Notes: generated from the sequence alone by a model not told the origin. Shown: positions 18,296 through 32,640, counted from the first letter of the stretch. The stretch: 64,000 bases of DNA from Gemmatimonadota bacterium (GCA_039586895.1 JBDHJM010000006.1:13079-77078), one strand, 5' to 3'. Translations and numbers: made by a program.

Positions 18296-19300
18296 TTGCC
18301 ATTTCCTCGAGTCTCGGTCCTGCTACCGTGCCGCGATGCGGCGGCCACGCTGGGGGAGGCTCTTTCGTCCCTCCGCGCGCAGACGTACCGGGACTTCGAG
18401 GTCGTCGCGGTCGACGACGGGTCCGTGGACGAAACCCCGCATCTGCTGCGGGAGTGGGCGTCGCGGGATGACCGGATCCGAATCACAAGCACCAAGCCGA
18501 GCGGTATCGTGGCTGCGCTGCGCACCTCCGCGGAGAGCGCGCGGGGCAAGCTCCTGGCCCGCATGGATGCTGACGACGTCGCGCTGCCTGAGCGCTTGGA
18601 GCGGCAGGTCGCGCTGCTCGACGGTCAGGCCGCTCTGGCAGCGTGCGGCACCGGAGTTCGCTACATCCCGGATCACCTGGTGCGGGACGGTGCCCGCCGC
18701 TACGAGCAGTGGATCAACGGTGTCGTCGAGCCGCGGGAGATTGAGCGCGACCTGTTCGTCGAGTGCCCGATCCCGCACCCCACCCTGATGGTGCGGGGAG
18801 ACGCCCTGGAGCGGGTGGGAGGCTACCGCGACATGGGATGGCCCGAGGACTACGACTTCGTGCTGCGGCTGTGGGAGGCCGGATTGCGCATGGGCAAGGT
18901 CGCCGACGTGCTGCTCGAGTGGCGCGAGCGGCCAGATCGTCTCTCCCGCACCGACCCGCGCTACAGCGAGGATGCATTCCGGCGCTGCAAGGTCCATTAC
19001 CTGAGCGCGCGCATAGCCGGTCGCCCGGTAGTGGTGTGGGGTGCGGGTCCGGTCGGCAAGGCATTCGCACGCGCACTCCAGGAGGAGGGACATGAGGTGG
19101 CTGCGTTCGTCGAGCTGGACCCGCGCAAGATCGGGCAGGAGATCCACGGCGCACCGGTGATCGCCCCATCGGCGATCGGTGAGTACCGCAGTGCATACGT
19201 GCTGGCGGCCGTGGGCTCGGCGGACGCGCGCGCAGAAATCCGGGCTGCTCTGTCGGAGGCCGGGTTCAACGAACCGGAGCAATGCTGTGCCGTTGCGTGA
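18296..19300 (+). CDS. Glycosyltransferase family 2 with C-terminal Rossmann-like domain
   Basis: VSVLLP, VDDGS, ARMDADD, EDYD; VWGAGPVGK. Confidence 0.9.
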   Translation: MPFPRVSVLLPCRDAAATLGEALSSLRAQTYRDFEVVAVDDGSVDETPHLLREWASRDDRIRITSTKPSGIVAALRTSAESARGKLLARMDADDVALPERLERQVALLDGQAALAACGTGVRYIPDHLVRDGARRYEQWINGVVEPREIERDLFVECPIPHPTLMVRGDALERVGGYRDMGWPEDYDFVLRLWEAGLRMGKVADVLLEWRERPDRLSRTDPRYSEDAFRRCKVHYLSARIAGRPVVVWGAGPVGKAFARALQEEGHEVAAFVELDPRKIGQEIHGAPVIAPSAIGEYRSAYVLAAVGSADARAEIRAALSEAGFNEPEQCCAVA

Positions 19301-19306
19301 GCTTCC

Positions 19307-19612
19307 GTGCTGATCGACCTGACCGCGGCACTCGCGCTGTGGCTCGCGGGATTCGCATTGTTCGGCCGTTTCATCGCGCCGCGCTGGAAGCTGGGCGGGA
19401 AGCTCGTCTTCTATCTGGCGATGGCTGCCGGCCTATCGGCCTGGGTGGGTCACTGGTCGCTGATCTGGATCGTCGGGCATCCTCTGCTGGGAATCGCTGG
19501 TCACGTGTGGTGGTGCCGCAAGCACGGCATCAACTGGCTCACCTGCCAGCCGCGTGACCGCTACGTCGAGCTGCGACCCTGGGCCCAGCAGGACGGCTTC
19601 GTGGTGAAGTGA
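19307..19612 (+). CDS. Hypothetical membrane protein
   Basis: Hydrophobic segments, HVWWCRKHGINW. Confidence 0.65.
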   Translation: MLIDLTAALALWLAGFALFGRFIAPRWKLGGKLVFYLAMAAGLSAWVGHWSLIWIVGHPLLGIAGHVWWCRKHGINWLTCQPRDRYVELRPWAQQDGFVVK

Positions 19613-19655
19613 GTCAGCCGCACTGAAGCGGCCGCGCTGAAGCAGCCTCCCTGTG

Positions 19656-23083
<3,428 letters not shown>

Positions 23084-23087
<4 letters not shown>

Positions 23088-25324
23088 CTCGCCAGCAGCC
23101 TCCACACCTGCGCCACGAGGAAGCACACCACGAATCCCATCAGGAGCGGCAGGAGGGTGGCAACGGTCGTCCACCTGGCGCTCCTGGTCTCCTTGTAGAT
23201 CGTGTAGATCGTCGTCGAACACGGATTGTGCAGCAGGCTGAACAGCATGAGGTTGACCGCCGTGAGCAGGGTCCAGCCTCCAGCGCGCAGCAGATCGCCG
23301 GTAGTGCCCATTGAATCGAGCTCGAACATCACGCCCGCGCCCTCGCCCATCCCTGACGCTCCCAGCGTCAGTACTGTGAGCATCAGCACCGTGGGGATGA
23401 CGATCTCGTTGGCGGGGATCGCCACCACGTATGCCAGCAGAATCACACCGTTCAGCCCGAGCAGCAGCCCGAAGGGATCGAGCCCGGCCATGGCGTGGTC
23501 GGCCAGGCTGGCACCGGCCACGTTGATGTTCGATATCAGCCAGATCGCTGCACCTGCCGGCACGGCGAACAGCACCGCGCGCCACAGCACGATCAGCGTC
23601 CGGTCGATGACCGACGTGTAGAGCGTCTGCAGGATCCGCGGCGGCCGGTACGGGGGCAGCTCCAGCGAAAACGTCGTTGCCTCACCGGCGAGCACCGTGC
23701 GCGAGAGCAGCCACGAGGCAAAGAACATCGCCCCGATGCCCAGCAGGGCCACCGCCACGACGGCCGAGGCCGACACCAGCCCGGCCAGGTGGGCCGGCGC
23801 CAGTGCGCCGACGAAGATGGACGCAATCAGGATCTGTGTGGGCCAGCGCCCGTTGCACAGCGAGAAGTTGTTGGTGATGATCGCGATCAGGCGCTCCCGC
23901 GGGCTGTCGATTACGCGGGTCGCCACCACCCCCGCCGCGTTGCAGCCGAACCCCATGCACATGGTGAGTGCCTGTTTGCCATGCGCTCCCGCCTTACGGA
24001 ATAGGGCGTCCAGGTTGAAGGCCACCCTTGGCAGATAGCCGAAGTCCTCCAGCAGCGTGAACATCGGGAAGAAGATCGCCATGGGCGGCAGCATCACGCT
24101 CACCACCCAAGCGGTCGCGAGGTACACGCCGTCGAACAGGAATCCGCTCAGCCACCACGGCATGCCGATGCTCGCGCCGAAACCGTTCAGCACGGGGTGC
24201 AGCATGTCGATGAGCAGCCATGCCAGGAACCGCGACGGGTAATTGGCGCCCGCGATGGTGAGCCAGAAGACCACAGTGAGCACGAGCAGCATCAGCGGGA
24301 ACCCGAGCCAGCGGCTGGTCAGCAGGCGGTCGAGCGTGCGGTCCAGATCGAACTTGGCGCGCGAGAGGCCGCGCGCCTGGCTCGTCTCGGCGATGCGCCG
24401 CGCCTCACTATAGAGGCTCTCGGTCAGGCGATCGTGGAACTGGGGTGAGAGCGTCCACCGGAGCCGGGATGCCGTGTCGAGAATCTCTCGCCCGTTGGCA
24501 GCGACCGCAGTCGCGACGCTGCCGCCATCGTCCTCGGCGGCCAGTGTACCATCCGCCAAGTTGCCGAGGTCGCCCGAGTGCACCGCCGCTTCCACTCGCT
24601 CGTCCGCATTCAGCAGCCGCAGCGCGACCCAGCGTGCATTGGGGAGCTCCGGGTAGGCGCGCCGGATCGGCTCCTCGAGCGCACTCACCGCCGCGCTCAC
24701 CTCCGGGGGGTGGCTCTGGATCCGCAGCGGCGCGGTCTCGGTCTCGCCGGCGGCAACCCCGTGTATCGCCTCGAGCAGGTCCGGGATCCCGTCACCGCGG
24801 CGCGCCACCGTAGGCACGACGGGCACGCCGAGCTCCCGCTCCAGCTGCTTTACGTCGATCCCGATCCCGTGACGCCGCGCCTCGTCCATCAGGTTCAGGC
24901 ACACAACCACGCGGTCGGTGATTTCCAGAACCTGGAGCACGAGATTGAGGTTGCGCTCCAGCCGGGTGGCGTCCACCACCACCACAGTCACGTCGGGCTG
25001 TCCGAACAGGACGAAGTCGCGCGCCACCTCCTCGTCCACGCTCCCAGCCTGCAGGCTGTAGGTGCCCGGTAGGTCCACGAGCTTTACCCGGTCGCCTTCG
25101 AGCGTGAATCCGCCCTCGGCCCGCGCAACCGTCTTGCCCGGCCAGTTCCCTGTATGCTGCCGTAGTCCGGTGAGCGCGTTGAATACCGTGCTCTTCCCGG
25201 TGTTAGGATTCCCCGCGAGTGCGACGAGGTAATCCCAGCGATCGAGCTTGATGCCGAGCTGAACCAGGGTTTCGGCTCGGTGCGCTGCGCACCCGGCGCA
25301 TCCTGCCGTGGCGGCTCCCGTCAT
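23084..25324 (-). CDS. feoB: Ferrous iron transport protein B
   Basis: [51 protein letters not shown]. Confidence 0.95.
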
Positions 25325-25325
25325 C

Positions 25326-26369
25326 TCAGCCGGCCTCCGCCGGCACCCGCCGGTCCACGCGCACGAATTCGGCCTGCTCCTGGCGCAGCGCGATCAGAGC
25401 GCCACGTATGCTGTAAGCGACAGGGTCCTTGAGCGCGCCCTGCAGCTCGGCTGTTACGACGGTACCCGGCACGAGGCCCAGGTCGAGCAGGCGGCGGCGC
25501 TGCGGTCCCTGGCACGCGGGCGCAATCCCGATCACCGTGGCCGAATCGCCGTGCTGCAGCGCGCTGAGTGCTTCGTATGGCCCCGCGCTCCCCGCGGCTT
25601 CCCGCGGCAGCACGACGGTCACGTTCATCGCCATCACCGGCTCGATGGTGTGCTCCACACCGTCGGCGGCAAAGCGGATCCGCTCGCGTGTAGCCTCCCG
25701 CACCTCGACGAGCGCACCCGGTGCGAGTCCCGTTGCGAGCAGCTTCTCATAAACCTCGCGCGGCTCGTCCTCCAGGTGCACCACCGATGCGCTCTGGCCC
25801 GGCACGAGAGCCGACAGCGCCACTCCGGCGTGGGGCGGGAGCTCGCCGTCGGCAGTTGGGATCGGATCGCCGTGGGGATCGTAGCGCGGGTGACCCATGG
25901 AGGATGAGAGCTGCTCCACCACTTCCGGCGTCAGCGTGTGCTCCCTGTGCTCTGCCTCTTCGTGCCATGCGCCGGCCGGCACGCCGGTGCGGTCCGCGAG
26001 ATAGCGCTCCCACAGCCGGTGACTGCGCAGCACGCGGAGGGCTTCGGCCCGGCCCACGTCGGTGAGAACGAGACGGTCGTCCTCGGTGCGCACCAGGCCG
26101 AGCACTTCCAGGCGGGCCACGAGCTGCATCGCACGGGCGCGCTTCATGTGGAGCATTCCCGCCACGCCCTCGAGCGTGCTGGGCCGTCCCGCGTACTCGG
26201 CATCGTACATCCGCTTGAGCGCGTCCTCGATACGGGCCCGCTCCGTGAGGCGCACCAGACGCATCAGCCAGGCCGCTACCCCCCGGCGCGGCCAGAAGAC
26301 CACCGCCAGGACCAGCACTATCAGCGCGAACACCGAGAGCGCGACTACAGGATCTGCCATCGTCTCCAC
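25326..26369 (-). CDS. DtxR/MntR-family metalloregulator with N-terminal TM helix and two FeoA domains
   Basis: TM segment; [27 protein letters not shown]; C-terminal [11 protein letters not shown]...[15 protein letters not shown]. Confidence 0.9.
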   Translation of the reverse strand: METMADPVVALSVFALIVLVLAVVFWPRRGVAAWLMRLVRLTERARIEDALKRMYDAEYAGRPSTLEGVAGMLHMKRARAMQLVARLEVLGLVRTEDDRLVLTDVGRAEALRVLRSHRLWERYLADRTGVPAGAWHEEAEHREHTLTPEVVEQLSSSMGHPRYDPHGDPIPTADGELPPHAGVALSALVPGQSASVVHLEDEPREVYEKLLATGLAPGALVEVREATRERIRFAADGVEHTIEPVMAMNVTVVLPREAAGSAGPYEALSALQHGDSATVIGIAPACQGPQRRRLLDLGLVPGTVVTAELQGALKDPVAYSIRGALIALRQEQAEFVRVDRRVPAEAG

Positions 26370-26379
26370 TCAGCCCCGT

Positions 26380-27222
26380 TCACCTGGGTACTCGCCATAC
26401 GAGCCCGGCGCCGAACAGCCAGTCGTCTGCGGCATCTACGAGCCCGATCCCGGCCTTCACATCCAACTGCAGGTTGCTCAGGAGCAGGTAGGTGAGCCCC
26501 CCGTCGATCAGATGCTCCGAGAGCCCCTCCTCGGTCAGCGGCAGTGTGCCGAACGCCTCGGCGAAGATTCCCGCACGCTGCGCGAGGGCGAACCCGAACG
26601 CCAGCGAATACAGGAGCTGCGTCCTTGTCAGCCTGGGCGCTTCCGGGCTCTGCTCGCTGAGCCAGCGGACCCCGAGATTGTAGCTCATCCCGATCGCCTC
26701 GCTCAGCTCGTGACCCGCCGCGAGCCGGATCGATGGGTCGACCCGCTCGGGGCCGAGACCCTCCGTGGCGGTCGGGAGGTTCAGCTCGCCCAGCAGTGCC
26801 AGATCGGGCGAAAAGCCCTCACCACTCCTGAACTGCCACTTTACGCCCGCCGCCAGCGGGCCAACCCCCGTGATGGTCTGAGTCCCACCCGCGGGATCCA
26901 AGACCTCTCGGCTGCGCCAACCCTTGAACCCGAACCGCGCTTCCCAGCCGGCCACGACCCCGATGCGCGCCAACGCCTCTGGAGCCTGGTGCTGCTCCAC
27001 CCGGCCGTCGAGCTGCACGTACGAGTACCCCAACTCGAATTGCACGTAGCCCGGAGCCACGCTCAAAGCGGATTCCGTCTCGTCGGGTCGGTCGCTGACC
27101 AGGGGCGGCTGCTGTTGACCTGCAGCGCTTTCCGGCACCGCGGCAATCGCGAGCCCAGAGAGGACGAACAACTGCAGCCGCACCCGCCCCAAGAGGCGGG
27201 CGGCGGCCGATGGGACATCCAC
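26380..27222 (-). CDS. Outer-membrane beta-barrel 'transporter' (MetA-pathway/phenol degradation family-like)
   Basis: Signal peptide; DRPDETES, QFELGY, NLQLDV, terminal amphipathic strand; GTG after GGAGG. Confidence 0.75.
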   Translation of the reverse strand: MDVPSAAARLLGRVRLQLFVLSGLAIAAVPESAAGQQQPPLVSDRPDETESALSVAPGYVQFELGYSYVQLDGRVEQHQAPEALARIGVVAGWEARFGFKGWRSREVLDPAGGTQTITGVGPLAAGVKWQFRSGEGFSPDLALLGELNLPTATEGLGPERVDPSIRLAAGHELSEAIGMSYNLGVRWLSEQSPEAPRLTRTQLLYSLAFGFALAQRAGIFAEAFGTLPLTEEGLSEHLIDGGLTYLLLSNLQLDVKAGIGLVDAADDWLFGAGLVWRVPR

Positions 27223-27235
27223 CAGCTCCTCCGTA

Positions 27236-27279
27236 TTAGTGCTGCCGAATAATATTATTAGGATGGCCGAATCTTGCAA
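27236..27279 (-). promoter_or_regulatory. Promoter with two tandem DtxR/MntR-like pseudo-palindromic operators
   Basis: TTAGTGCTGCCGAA (27236-27249) and TTAGGATGGCCGAA (27258-27271), 22 bp apart; minus-strand TTGCAA-16-TAATAT overlaps them. Confidence 0.6.
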
Positions 27280-27364
27280 CCCCTGGCTGCAAAACCGGCC
27301 GGCCCGCCTGCCCGTCGGTCCGCCCCGGCCGTATCTTCCTACGGGCAACGGCGGCGGAGGAATA

Positions 27365-28705
27365 GTGGAGCCCTACAGAATCAAGACGGTCGAGTCGATC
27401 CCGTTCACGACCCGGGCCGAGCGCGAGGCGGCGCTCCTGGAATCCGGCTACAACGTCTTCAGCATCCCCTCTCAACTGATCACGATCGACCTGCTGACCG
27501 ACTCCGGAACCTCGGCGATGTCGGACCATCAGTGGGCCGCGTTGATGATGGGCGACGAGTCGTATGCGGGGAGCCGCAACTACTTCAGGTTCGAGGAGAC
27601 GGTCCGGCGCATCACCGGATACCGGCACATCATCCCGACCCACCAGGGGCGCGTAGCCGAGAACCTGCTGTTCACCACGATCGTCAAGCAGGGCGACCAC
27701 GTTCCAAACAACATCCACTTCGACACCACTCAGGCCAACATCGAGCACAACGGCGGTGTGGCGGTGAACTGCGTCATCGACGACGCGTACGATCCCGTCA
27801 AGGAAGTGCCCTACAAGGGCAACATGGACATCGCCAAGCTGGACAAGGTGCTCGCCGAAGTGGGCCGCGACCGGATCCCTTTGGTTCTGCTCACCATTAC
27901 GAACAACTCAGGCGGCGGTCAGCCGGTCAGCCTCGACAACGCACGCGACGTGTCCGAGTGGTGCCGCAAGCACGGCATCCCGTTCATCTACGACGCCTGC
28001 CGCTTCGCCGAAAACGCGTACTTCAACAAGGCGCGCAGCGGTCTCGACCGGGACATACCCGAGATCGTACGGGAGTTTTTCGACTTGGCCGACGGCTGCA
28101 CCATGTCGGCCAAGAAGGACGCGCTCGTGAACATGGGTGGGTGGCTCGCGCTCAACGACGACGAGCTCTCAGAGAGGATCACCAACATGCTGATCCTCAT
28201 CGAGGGCTTCCCCACCTACGGCGGCCTCGCCGGCCGGGACCTGGAAGCGATCGCCCAGGGTCTGGAGGAAGTACTGGAGGAGCGCTACCTGGCACACCGC
28301 ATCGGGCAGGTGCAGGATTTCGGACGCGCCCTGTGTGACGCCGGAGTCCCCATCGTGCTGCCGGTGGGTGGCCACGCCGTCTATCTCGACGCCCGGCGCT
28401 TCTTGCCGCACATCCCGCAGGAGCAGTTCCCGGCGCAGGCGCTCACGTGTGCTCTCTATCTGGAGGGCGGAATCCGCGGCGTGGAGATCGGCGGTCTCAT
28501 GTTCGCCGCCGACGGAAACTGGCCCGAACTGGAGCTGGTGCGCCTGGCGGTGCCCCGGCGCGTCTACACGAAGAGCCACCTCGAGCACGTCGTGGACGTG
28601 TGCGCCAAGCTGTACCGCGACAGAGAATCCCTATCGGGCCTGAGAATCACGCACGAGGCCCCGGTGCTGCGGCATTTCACGGCGCGATTGGAGCCGGTGA
28701 GCTAG
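27365..28705 (+). CDS. tnaA: Tryptophanase (PLP beta-eliminating lyase)
   Basis: EPYRIK, DLLTDSGT, THQGR, MSAKKD PLP lysine; LRHFTARL has the His of tryptophanase rather than the Phe of tyrosine phenol-lyase. Confidence 0.88.
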   Translation: MEPYRIKTVESIPFTTRAEREAALLESGYNVFSIPSQLITIDLLTDSGTSAMSDHQWAALMMGDESYAGSRNYFRFEETVRRITGYRHIIPTHQGRVAENLLFTTIVKQGDHVPNNIHFDTTQANIEHNGGVAVNCVIDDAYDPVKEVPYKGNMDIAKLDKVLAEVGRDRIPLVLLTITNNSGGGQPVSLDNARDVSEWCRKHGIPFIYDACRFAENAYFNKARSGLDRDIPEIVREFFDLADGCTMSAKKDALVNMGGWLALNDDELSERITNMLILIEGFPTYGGLAGRDLEAIAQGLEEVLEERYLAHRIGQVQDFGRALCDAGVPIVLPVGGHAVYLDARRFLPHIPQEQFPAQALTCALYLEGGIRGVEIGGLMFAADGNWPELELVRLAVPRRVYTKSHLEHVVDVCAKLYRDRESLSGLRITHEAPVLRHFTARLEPVS

Positions 28706-29421
28706 GCTCTTTCTTCGGCTTCGCCGTCGAACCGCTTCAGGAACTCTGCGTCAAAGTCGATGCCGTCCTCGCGCTCGCGGGCGAGCAGGCGGCGCATTTC
28801 GTCCAGCTCGCGCCGGGCATGCTCCGCGGCAGGTGTGTGCGAGAAGCGCTCGCACAGCCGTGCCAGCTCGGGAATGGCCTTCCTCGGAGTGCGCAGCCGC
28901 CGCAGATAAATGTTTGCGATCTCCTGAGTCGCAATGAGCGCCTGGGGCTCCGTCACGCGGGCCTCGTCCCGCACACGACTGTACCAGTGGATCGCCTCCT
29001 CGGGCCGATCCAGGTGGTCGAGACACAGCCGTGCGAGCGTGAAGTACGGATCGGGATCGCTGGGGTGCTCGGTGACGTGGGCCTCGTATGCCACCGCGGC
29101 GTCCTCGTACTTGCCCTGCGCCGCCAGGGCCGCGGCCCGCGAGTACTCGCGACGGCGGGGGGTGGACTCACCGGAGGGGTGGTAGATCGTCTGCGCCGCG
29201 CGCCCGGCTCTGTGCGTGATGAACAGGCTCATGTAATACGTGCCGGCGAAGCCCACACCGATGCTGAGCACCTGACTCAGCAGAGCCGGCATGCCGAGCA
29301 GCTGGGACAGCGCCATCCCGATAGGGACCCCGCCACCGAATCCCACGCAGAGCGCCCACACGAGAGCCTTCAGGCGAAGGGCGCGCTCGGCGGCATCGAT
29401 GTCCTTGAGTCGCCGGGGCAT
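28702..29421 (-). CDS. Membrane-anchored tetratricopeptide repeat protein
   Basis: Two TM helices then TPR-like helices (GKYEDAAVAYE, PYFTLARL). Confidence 0.75.
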   Translation of the reverse strand: MPRRLKDIDAAERALRLKALVWALCVGFGGGVPIGMALSQLLGMPALLSQVLSIGVGFAGTYYMSLFITHRAGRAAQTIYHPSGESTPRRREYSRAAALAAQGKYEDAAVAYEAHVTEHPSDPDPYFTLARLCLDHLDRPEEAIHWYSRVRDEARVTEPQALIATQEIANIYLRRLRTPRKAIPELARLCERFSHTPAAEHARRELDEMRRLLAREREDGIDFDAEFLKRFDGEAEERA

Positions 29422-29483
29422 GGGCTAAGATATTCCCTGGGAGGCGCGCCTCCAATCAAGCGGCCCTCGCTCCGGAGGAAGAT

Positions 29484-30182
29484 GTGAGGACACTCGGCCT
29501 GCTCGGCGGAATGAGCTGGGAATCCACCCACATCTACTACCGTCTCATCAACGAGGGGGTGCGCGACCGCCTGGGCGGACTGCACTCCGCGGAACTAGTG
29601 CTATACAGCGTCGACTTCGAGCCGATCGAGCGGCTGCAGAGCGCAGGCCGCTGGGACGAGGCGGGGCAGAGGTTGGCGGACGCCGCACGCAGCCTCGAAG
29701 CCGCCGGCGTCGGGGGACTGGTCCTCTGCACCAACACGATGCACAAGGTGGCGTCCGCCGTCGAGGCGGCAATCGGCATCCCGCTGCTGCACATCGCCAA
29801 CGCTACTGGTGAGGCAGTAACGACCGCTGGGCACGCAACTGTCGGACTGCTGGGCACCCGGTTCACGATGGCAGAGGACTTCTACCGGGGCCGCCTCACC
29901 GAGCGCTACGACCTGGATGTGCTGGTCCCGACGGAGCCCGAACGGGAAGTCGTCGACCGGGTGATCTTCGATGAGCTTTGTGTGGGTCGGGTCCTGGATT
30001 CTTCACGCAGTGACTACCGCGGCATCATGCATGGGCTGGTCGAGCGCGGCGCAAGTGCGATCATCCTCGGCTGCACCGAGATATCCCTGCTCGTGGGAGC
30101 CGAAGACTCGGAGGTGCCGCTGTTCGACACGACCGCGATTCACGCTGCGGCGGCCGTGGAATGGATGCTGGCGGACGCCTGA
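29484..30182 (+). CDS. Aspartate/glutamate racemase family protein (YgeA-like)
   Basis: GLLGGMSWEST, LCTNTMH, LGCTEI. Confidence 0.93.
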   Translation: MRTLGLLGGMSWESTHIYYRLINEGVRDRLGGLHSAELVLYSVDFEPIERLQSAGRWDEAGQRLADAARSLEAAGVGGLVLCTNTMHKVASAVEAAIGIPLLHIANATGEAVTTAGHATVGLLGTRFTMAEDFYRGRLTERYDLDVLVPTEPEREVVDRVIFDELCVGRVLDSSRSDYRGIMHGLVERGASAIILGCTEISLLVGAEDSEVPLFDTTAIHAAAAVEWMLADA

Positions 30183-30210
30183 GCGCCCGCCAGCACACCC
30201 TGAGAATGCC

Positions 30211-30324
30211 CTAGTAGAGGTGCGTCGAGTACTGGACGCCGGCGATCAGCGTGAAATCCACCTCGAGCTGCGGCCCATCCAGCTTCTGGTACACCGGCAG
30301 CAGCCGCTGCACCTCAACGGGATG
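30211..30324 (-). pseudogene. Orphan C-terminal fragment of an outer-membrane beta-barrel gene
   Basis: Reads LPVYQKLDGPQLEVDFTLIAGVQYSTHLY*; no plausible start or N-terminal part. Confidence 0.45.
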
Positions 30325-30364
30325 GGGTGAGCGGCTCTGCTTGTGCCGACTTCGTCTCGGAAGA

Positions 30365-30778
30365 TCAGGCCGGCGCGGGCGGCGCCGTGGCGAACGGCAG
30401 GATGTAGCTCGCGGGAGGCAGCTCGGGAAGCGCAGGCTGGAATGCCAGCCGCGGAGAGCTAGTTTCCGTAGGTACGACCGCGCCCGCAACGGGTGACAGC
30501 GCATCGGCAAAGCACCCGGTCTGGCAGCGGCTGAGGCAGCGGCATGGGTCGGCGTGGTGCCCGTCCTGAGCCGGTGCCCTCTCCTCACCCGGCGCGTGCG
30601 AGCCGGCCGGCGCGGCGGCGTGGACCGCCTGCTGAGCGGCACCTTCGTGAGCTGCGGCCTCGTGAACCAACGAATGGTGGGGACAGCGCACCAGACACAA
30701 CGCTTCCGCGGCTGCGGCAAACAGAAAGCCGCAAGCGAGCACCAGCGCGCCGAGCCGGAGTGAGATCGTGCGTTGCAC
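30365..30778 (-). CDS. Cys/His-rich secreted leader-like protein (DUF2946-like)
   Basis: Signal-like N-terminus, CPHH, HHADPCRCLSRCQTGC, C-terminal ILPFATAPP; start uncertain. Confidence 0.6.
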   Translation of the reverse strand: MQRTISLRLGALVLACGFLFAAAAEALCLVRCPHHSLVHEAAAHEGAAQQAVHAAAPAGSHAPGEERAPAQDGHHADPCRCLSRCQTGCFADALSPVAGAVVPTETSSPRLAFQPALPELPPASYILPFATAPPAPA

Positions 30779-30794
30779 CAGGGAGGTCGGGATC

Positions 30795-31520
30795 TTGAAC
30801 TCGCAGAGTCTACCGGTACACCGACTCCACCGCAAGGCAACGACCGCGGCCGCACTGCTGATTCCGCTGGTCGCCACCCCGCTCAACGCCCAGCTCAACA
30901 GCATGCCAGTGCACTACTCCCCGAAAGGCGGTACGGGGTTCACGCTGTACGGGGACTTCGGCAAGGGGCTCAACGAGGAGTCCGGCAAGAACACGGCGTT
31001 CGGAGCCCGCGCGGTGCTGGGAGTATCGGCCATCACGCTCGGGGTGGGCGTGGGCACGGTCAACGCGTCGATTCCCGGACTAAGCGACGACCAGAACAAC
31101 TTTCAGTGGATGGGTGTGGCCGCGTTCCGCCTCTTCGGAGGCGGCCCCGTTCCGGCTGCCGTCAACATCCAGGCGGGCTACGGCAGACTGGCGAGCGACA
31201 GCATAGCAGAGGTGAACGTGCCTGTAGGTGTGGGTTTTTCACTGAGTGCTCCGGTCCCCGGAGTCACTCTCGAGCTGTGGGGCGCGCCGCGGATCTCGTA
31301 CAGGAGAGTCACGGTGGGAGCCAGCTCCGAGACACAGACTGGTTTCGGGCTGTCGGGCGGAATCAACTTCGGCTTCTCGATCGGCCTCGGCGGATACGTC
31401 GCGCTGGACTGGCAGAGCCTGAGCGATGTTACGGACGGCGACTTCCCGCTCATCGGCGGCAACCCCGCCCTCCTGGGAATAGGCGTGAGCTGGAACATCA
31501 AGCTGCCCGGAGGTCTGTAG
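30795..31520 (+). CDS. Outer-membrane beta-barrel protein, hypothetical
   Basis: Signal peptide ending LNA-Q; Gly/aromatic amphipathic strands; TTG after GGAGG, start uncertain. Confidence 0.65.
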   Translation: MNSQSLPVHRLHRKATTAAALLIPLVATPLNAQLNSMPVHYSPKGGTGFTLYGDFGKGLNEESGKNTAFGARAVLGVSAITLGVGVGTVNASIPGLSDDQNNFQWMGVAAFRLFGGGPVPAAVNIQAGYGRLASDSIAEVNVPVGVGFSLSAPVPGVTLELWGAPRISYRRVTVGASSETQTGFGLSGGINFGFSIGLGGYVALDWQSLSDVTDGDFPLIGGNPALLGIGVSWNIKLPGGL

Positions 31521-31522
31521 CC

Positions 31523-32083
31523 GTGCCCCCGGACGGCCTCTCCGCTGACGACAAAGCAGCACTGCTGCGGCTCGCGCGCGAAGCGCTGGAGCTCTACCTG
31601 AGTGAAGAGCGCTACCCTGCCGCGGATGGGACGCCCGCCATGCTGCAGCCTCGTGCGACTTTCGTGACACTGCGGGACCGCGCTTCCGAGGAGCTGCGCG
31701 GCTGCCGCGGTGAGACAGTTGCACGGCAGCCGTTGGTCGAGTCCGTGATGCACATGGCCGTCGCGTCAGCCACGGACGATCCACGGTTCTCCCCGGTGAC
31801 ACCGGATGAGGTGCCTTACCTGCACATCGAGATCAGCGCGCTCACGCCGATGAGCCCAATCGCACCGGAGGAGATCGAGGTCGGCCGGCACGGGCTGCTC
31901 ATCCGTAAGGGAGCGAACTCAGGGCTGCTGCTTCCGCAGGTGCCGCTTCCCTATGGGTGGAACCGTGATCAGTTCCTCGCAGCGCTGTGCCAGAAGGCCG
32001 GACTACCCGACAACGCGTGGCGCTTTGCAGATGCCGAGCTGTACGGCTTCGAGTGCGAGGTGTGGGAGGAGGAAACCCCATGA
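31523..32083 (+). CDS. AMMECR1 domain protein (AmmeMemoRadiSam protein A)
   Basis: FVTL, LRGC.G, DPRF, EISAL, GLLLPQV, LCQKAG. Confidence 0.92.
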   Translation: MPPDGLSADDKAALLRLAREALELYLSEERYPAADGTPAMLQPRATFVTLRDRASEELRGCRGETVARQPLVESVMHMAVASATDDPRFSPVTPDEVPYLHIEISALTPMSPIAPEEIEVGRHGLLIRKGANSGLLLPQVPLPYGWNRDQFLAALCQKAGLPDNAWRFADAELYGFECEVWEEETP

Positions 32084-32640
32084 TGCCTGTACCTGCTTTC
32101 TGGCTCCCGATCCTGGTGTCGGCGGTGCTCGCATGGATCGCTAGCATGATGATCTGGATGCTGATGCCGTACCGCAGATCCGACTACCGCGCCTTCCCCG
32201 ACGAAGATGCGGTGCGTGGTGCGCTGAATGGCCAGGACCTGAAGCCGGGCCAGTACAACATCCCCAACGTAGCGTCGCGTAAAGAGCTCGACACCCCCGA
32301 GGGCAAGCGCAAGTTCGAGGAGGGGCCCGTCGGATTCGTCACACTCATGCCAAACCGGGTGCCACCGGTCAGGCGGCAGCTGATTCTCATCTTCGTGTAC
32401 TACCTGCTCGTGGGCGCCACGGTCGCCTACGTGGCGAGCCGCACGCTGGCGGCAGGGACGCCTGGCTATCTCATCTTCCAGGTGACCGGCACCGTGGGTT
32501 GGATGGCGTACGGCCTCGCTGGCGTCCCCGACGCAGTCTGGTTCGGCCGGCCCTGGCGCGCTGTCGCCAAGCAGCTGTTGGACGCGTTCATTCTGGGCCT
32601 CGTGACCGGCGGAGTCTTCGTCTGGCTGTGGCCGCGGTGA
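32080..32640 (+). CDS. Conserved hypothetical membrane protein
   Basis: WLPILVSAV, PGQY, EGPVG, several TM helices. Confidence 0.75.
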   Translation: MMPVPAFWLPILVSAVLAWIASMMIWMLMPYRRSDYRAFPDEDAVRGALNGQDLKPGQYNIPNVASRKELDTPEGKRKFEEGPVGFVTLMPNRVPPVRRQLILIFVYYLLVGATVAYVASRTLAAGTPGYLIFQVTGTVGWMAYGLAGVPDAVWFGRPWRAVAKQLLDAFILGLVTGGVFVWLWPR

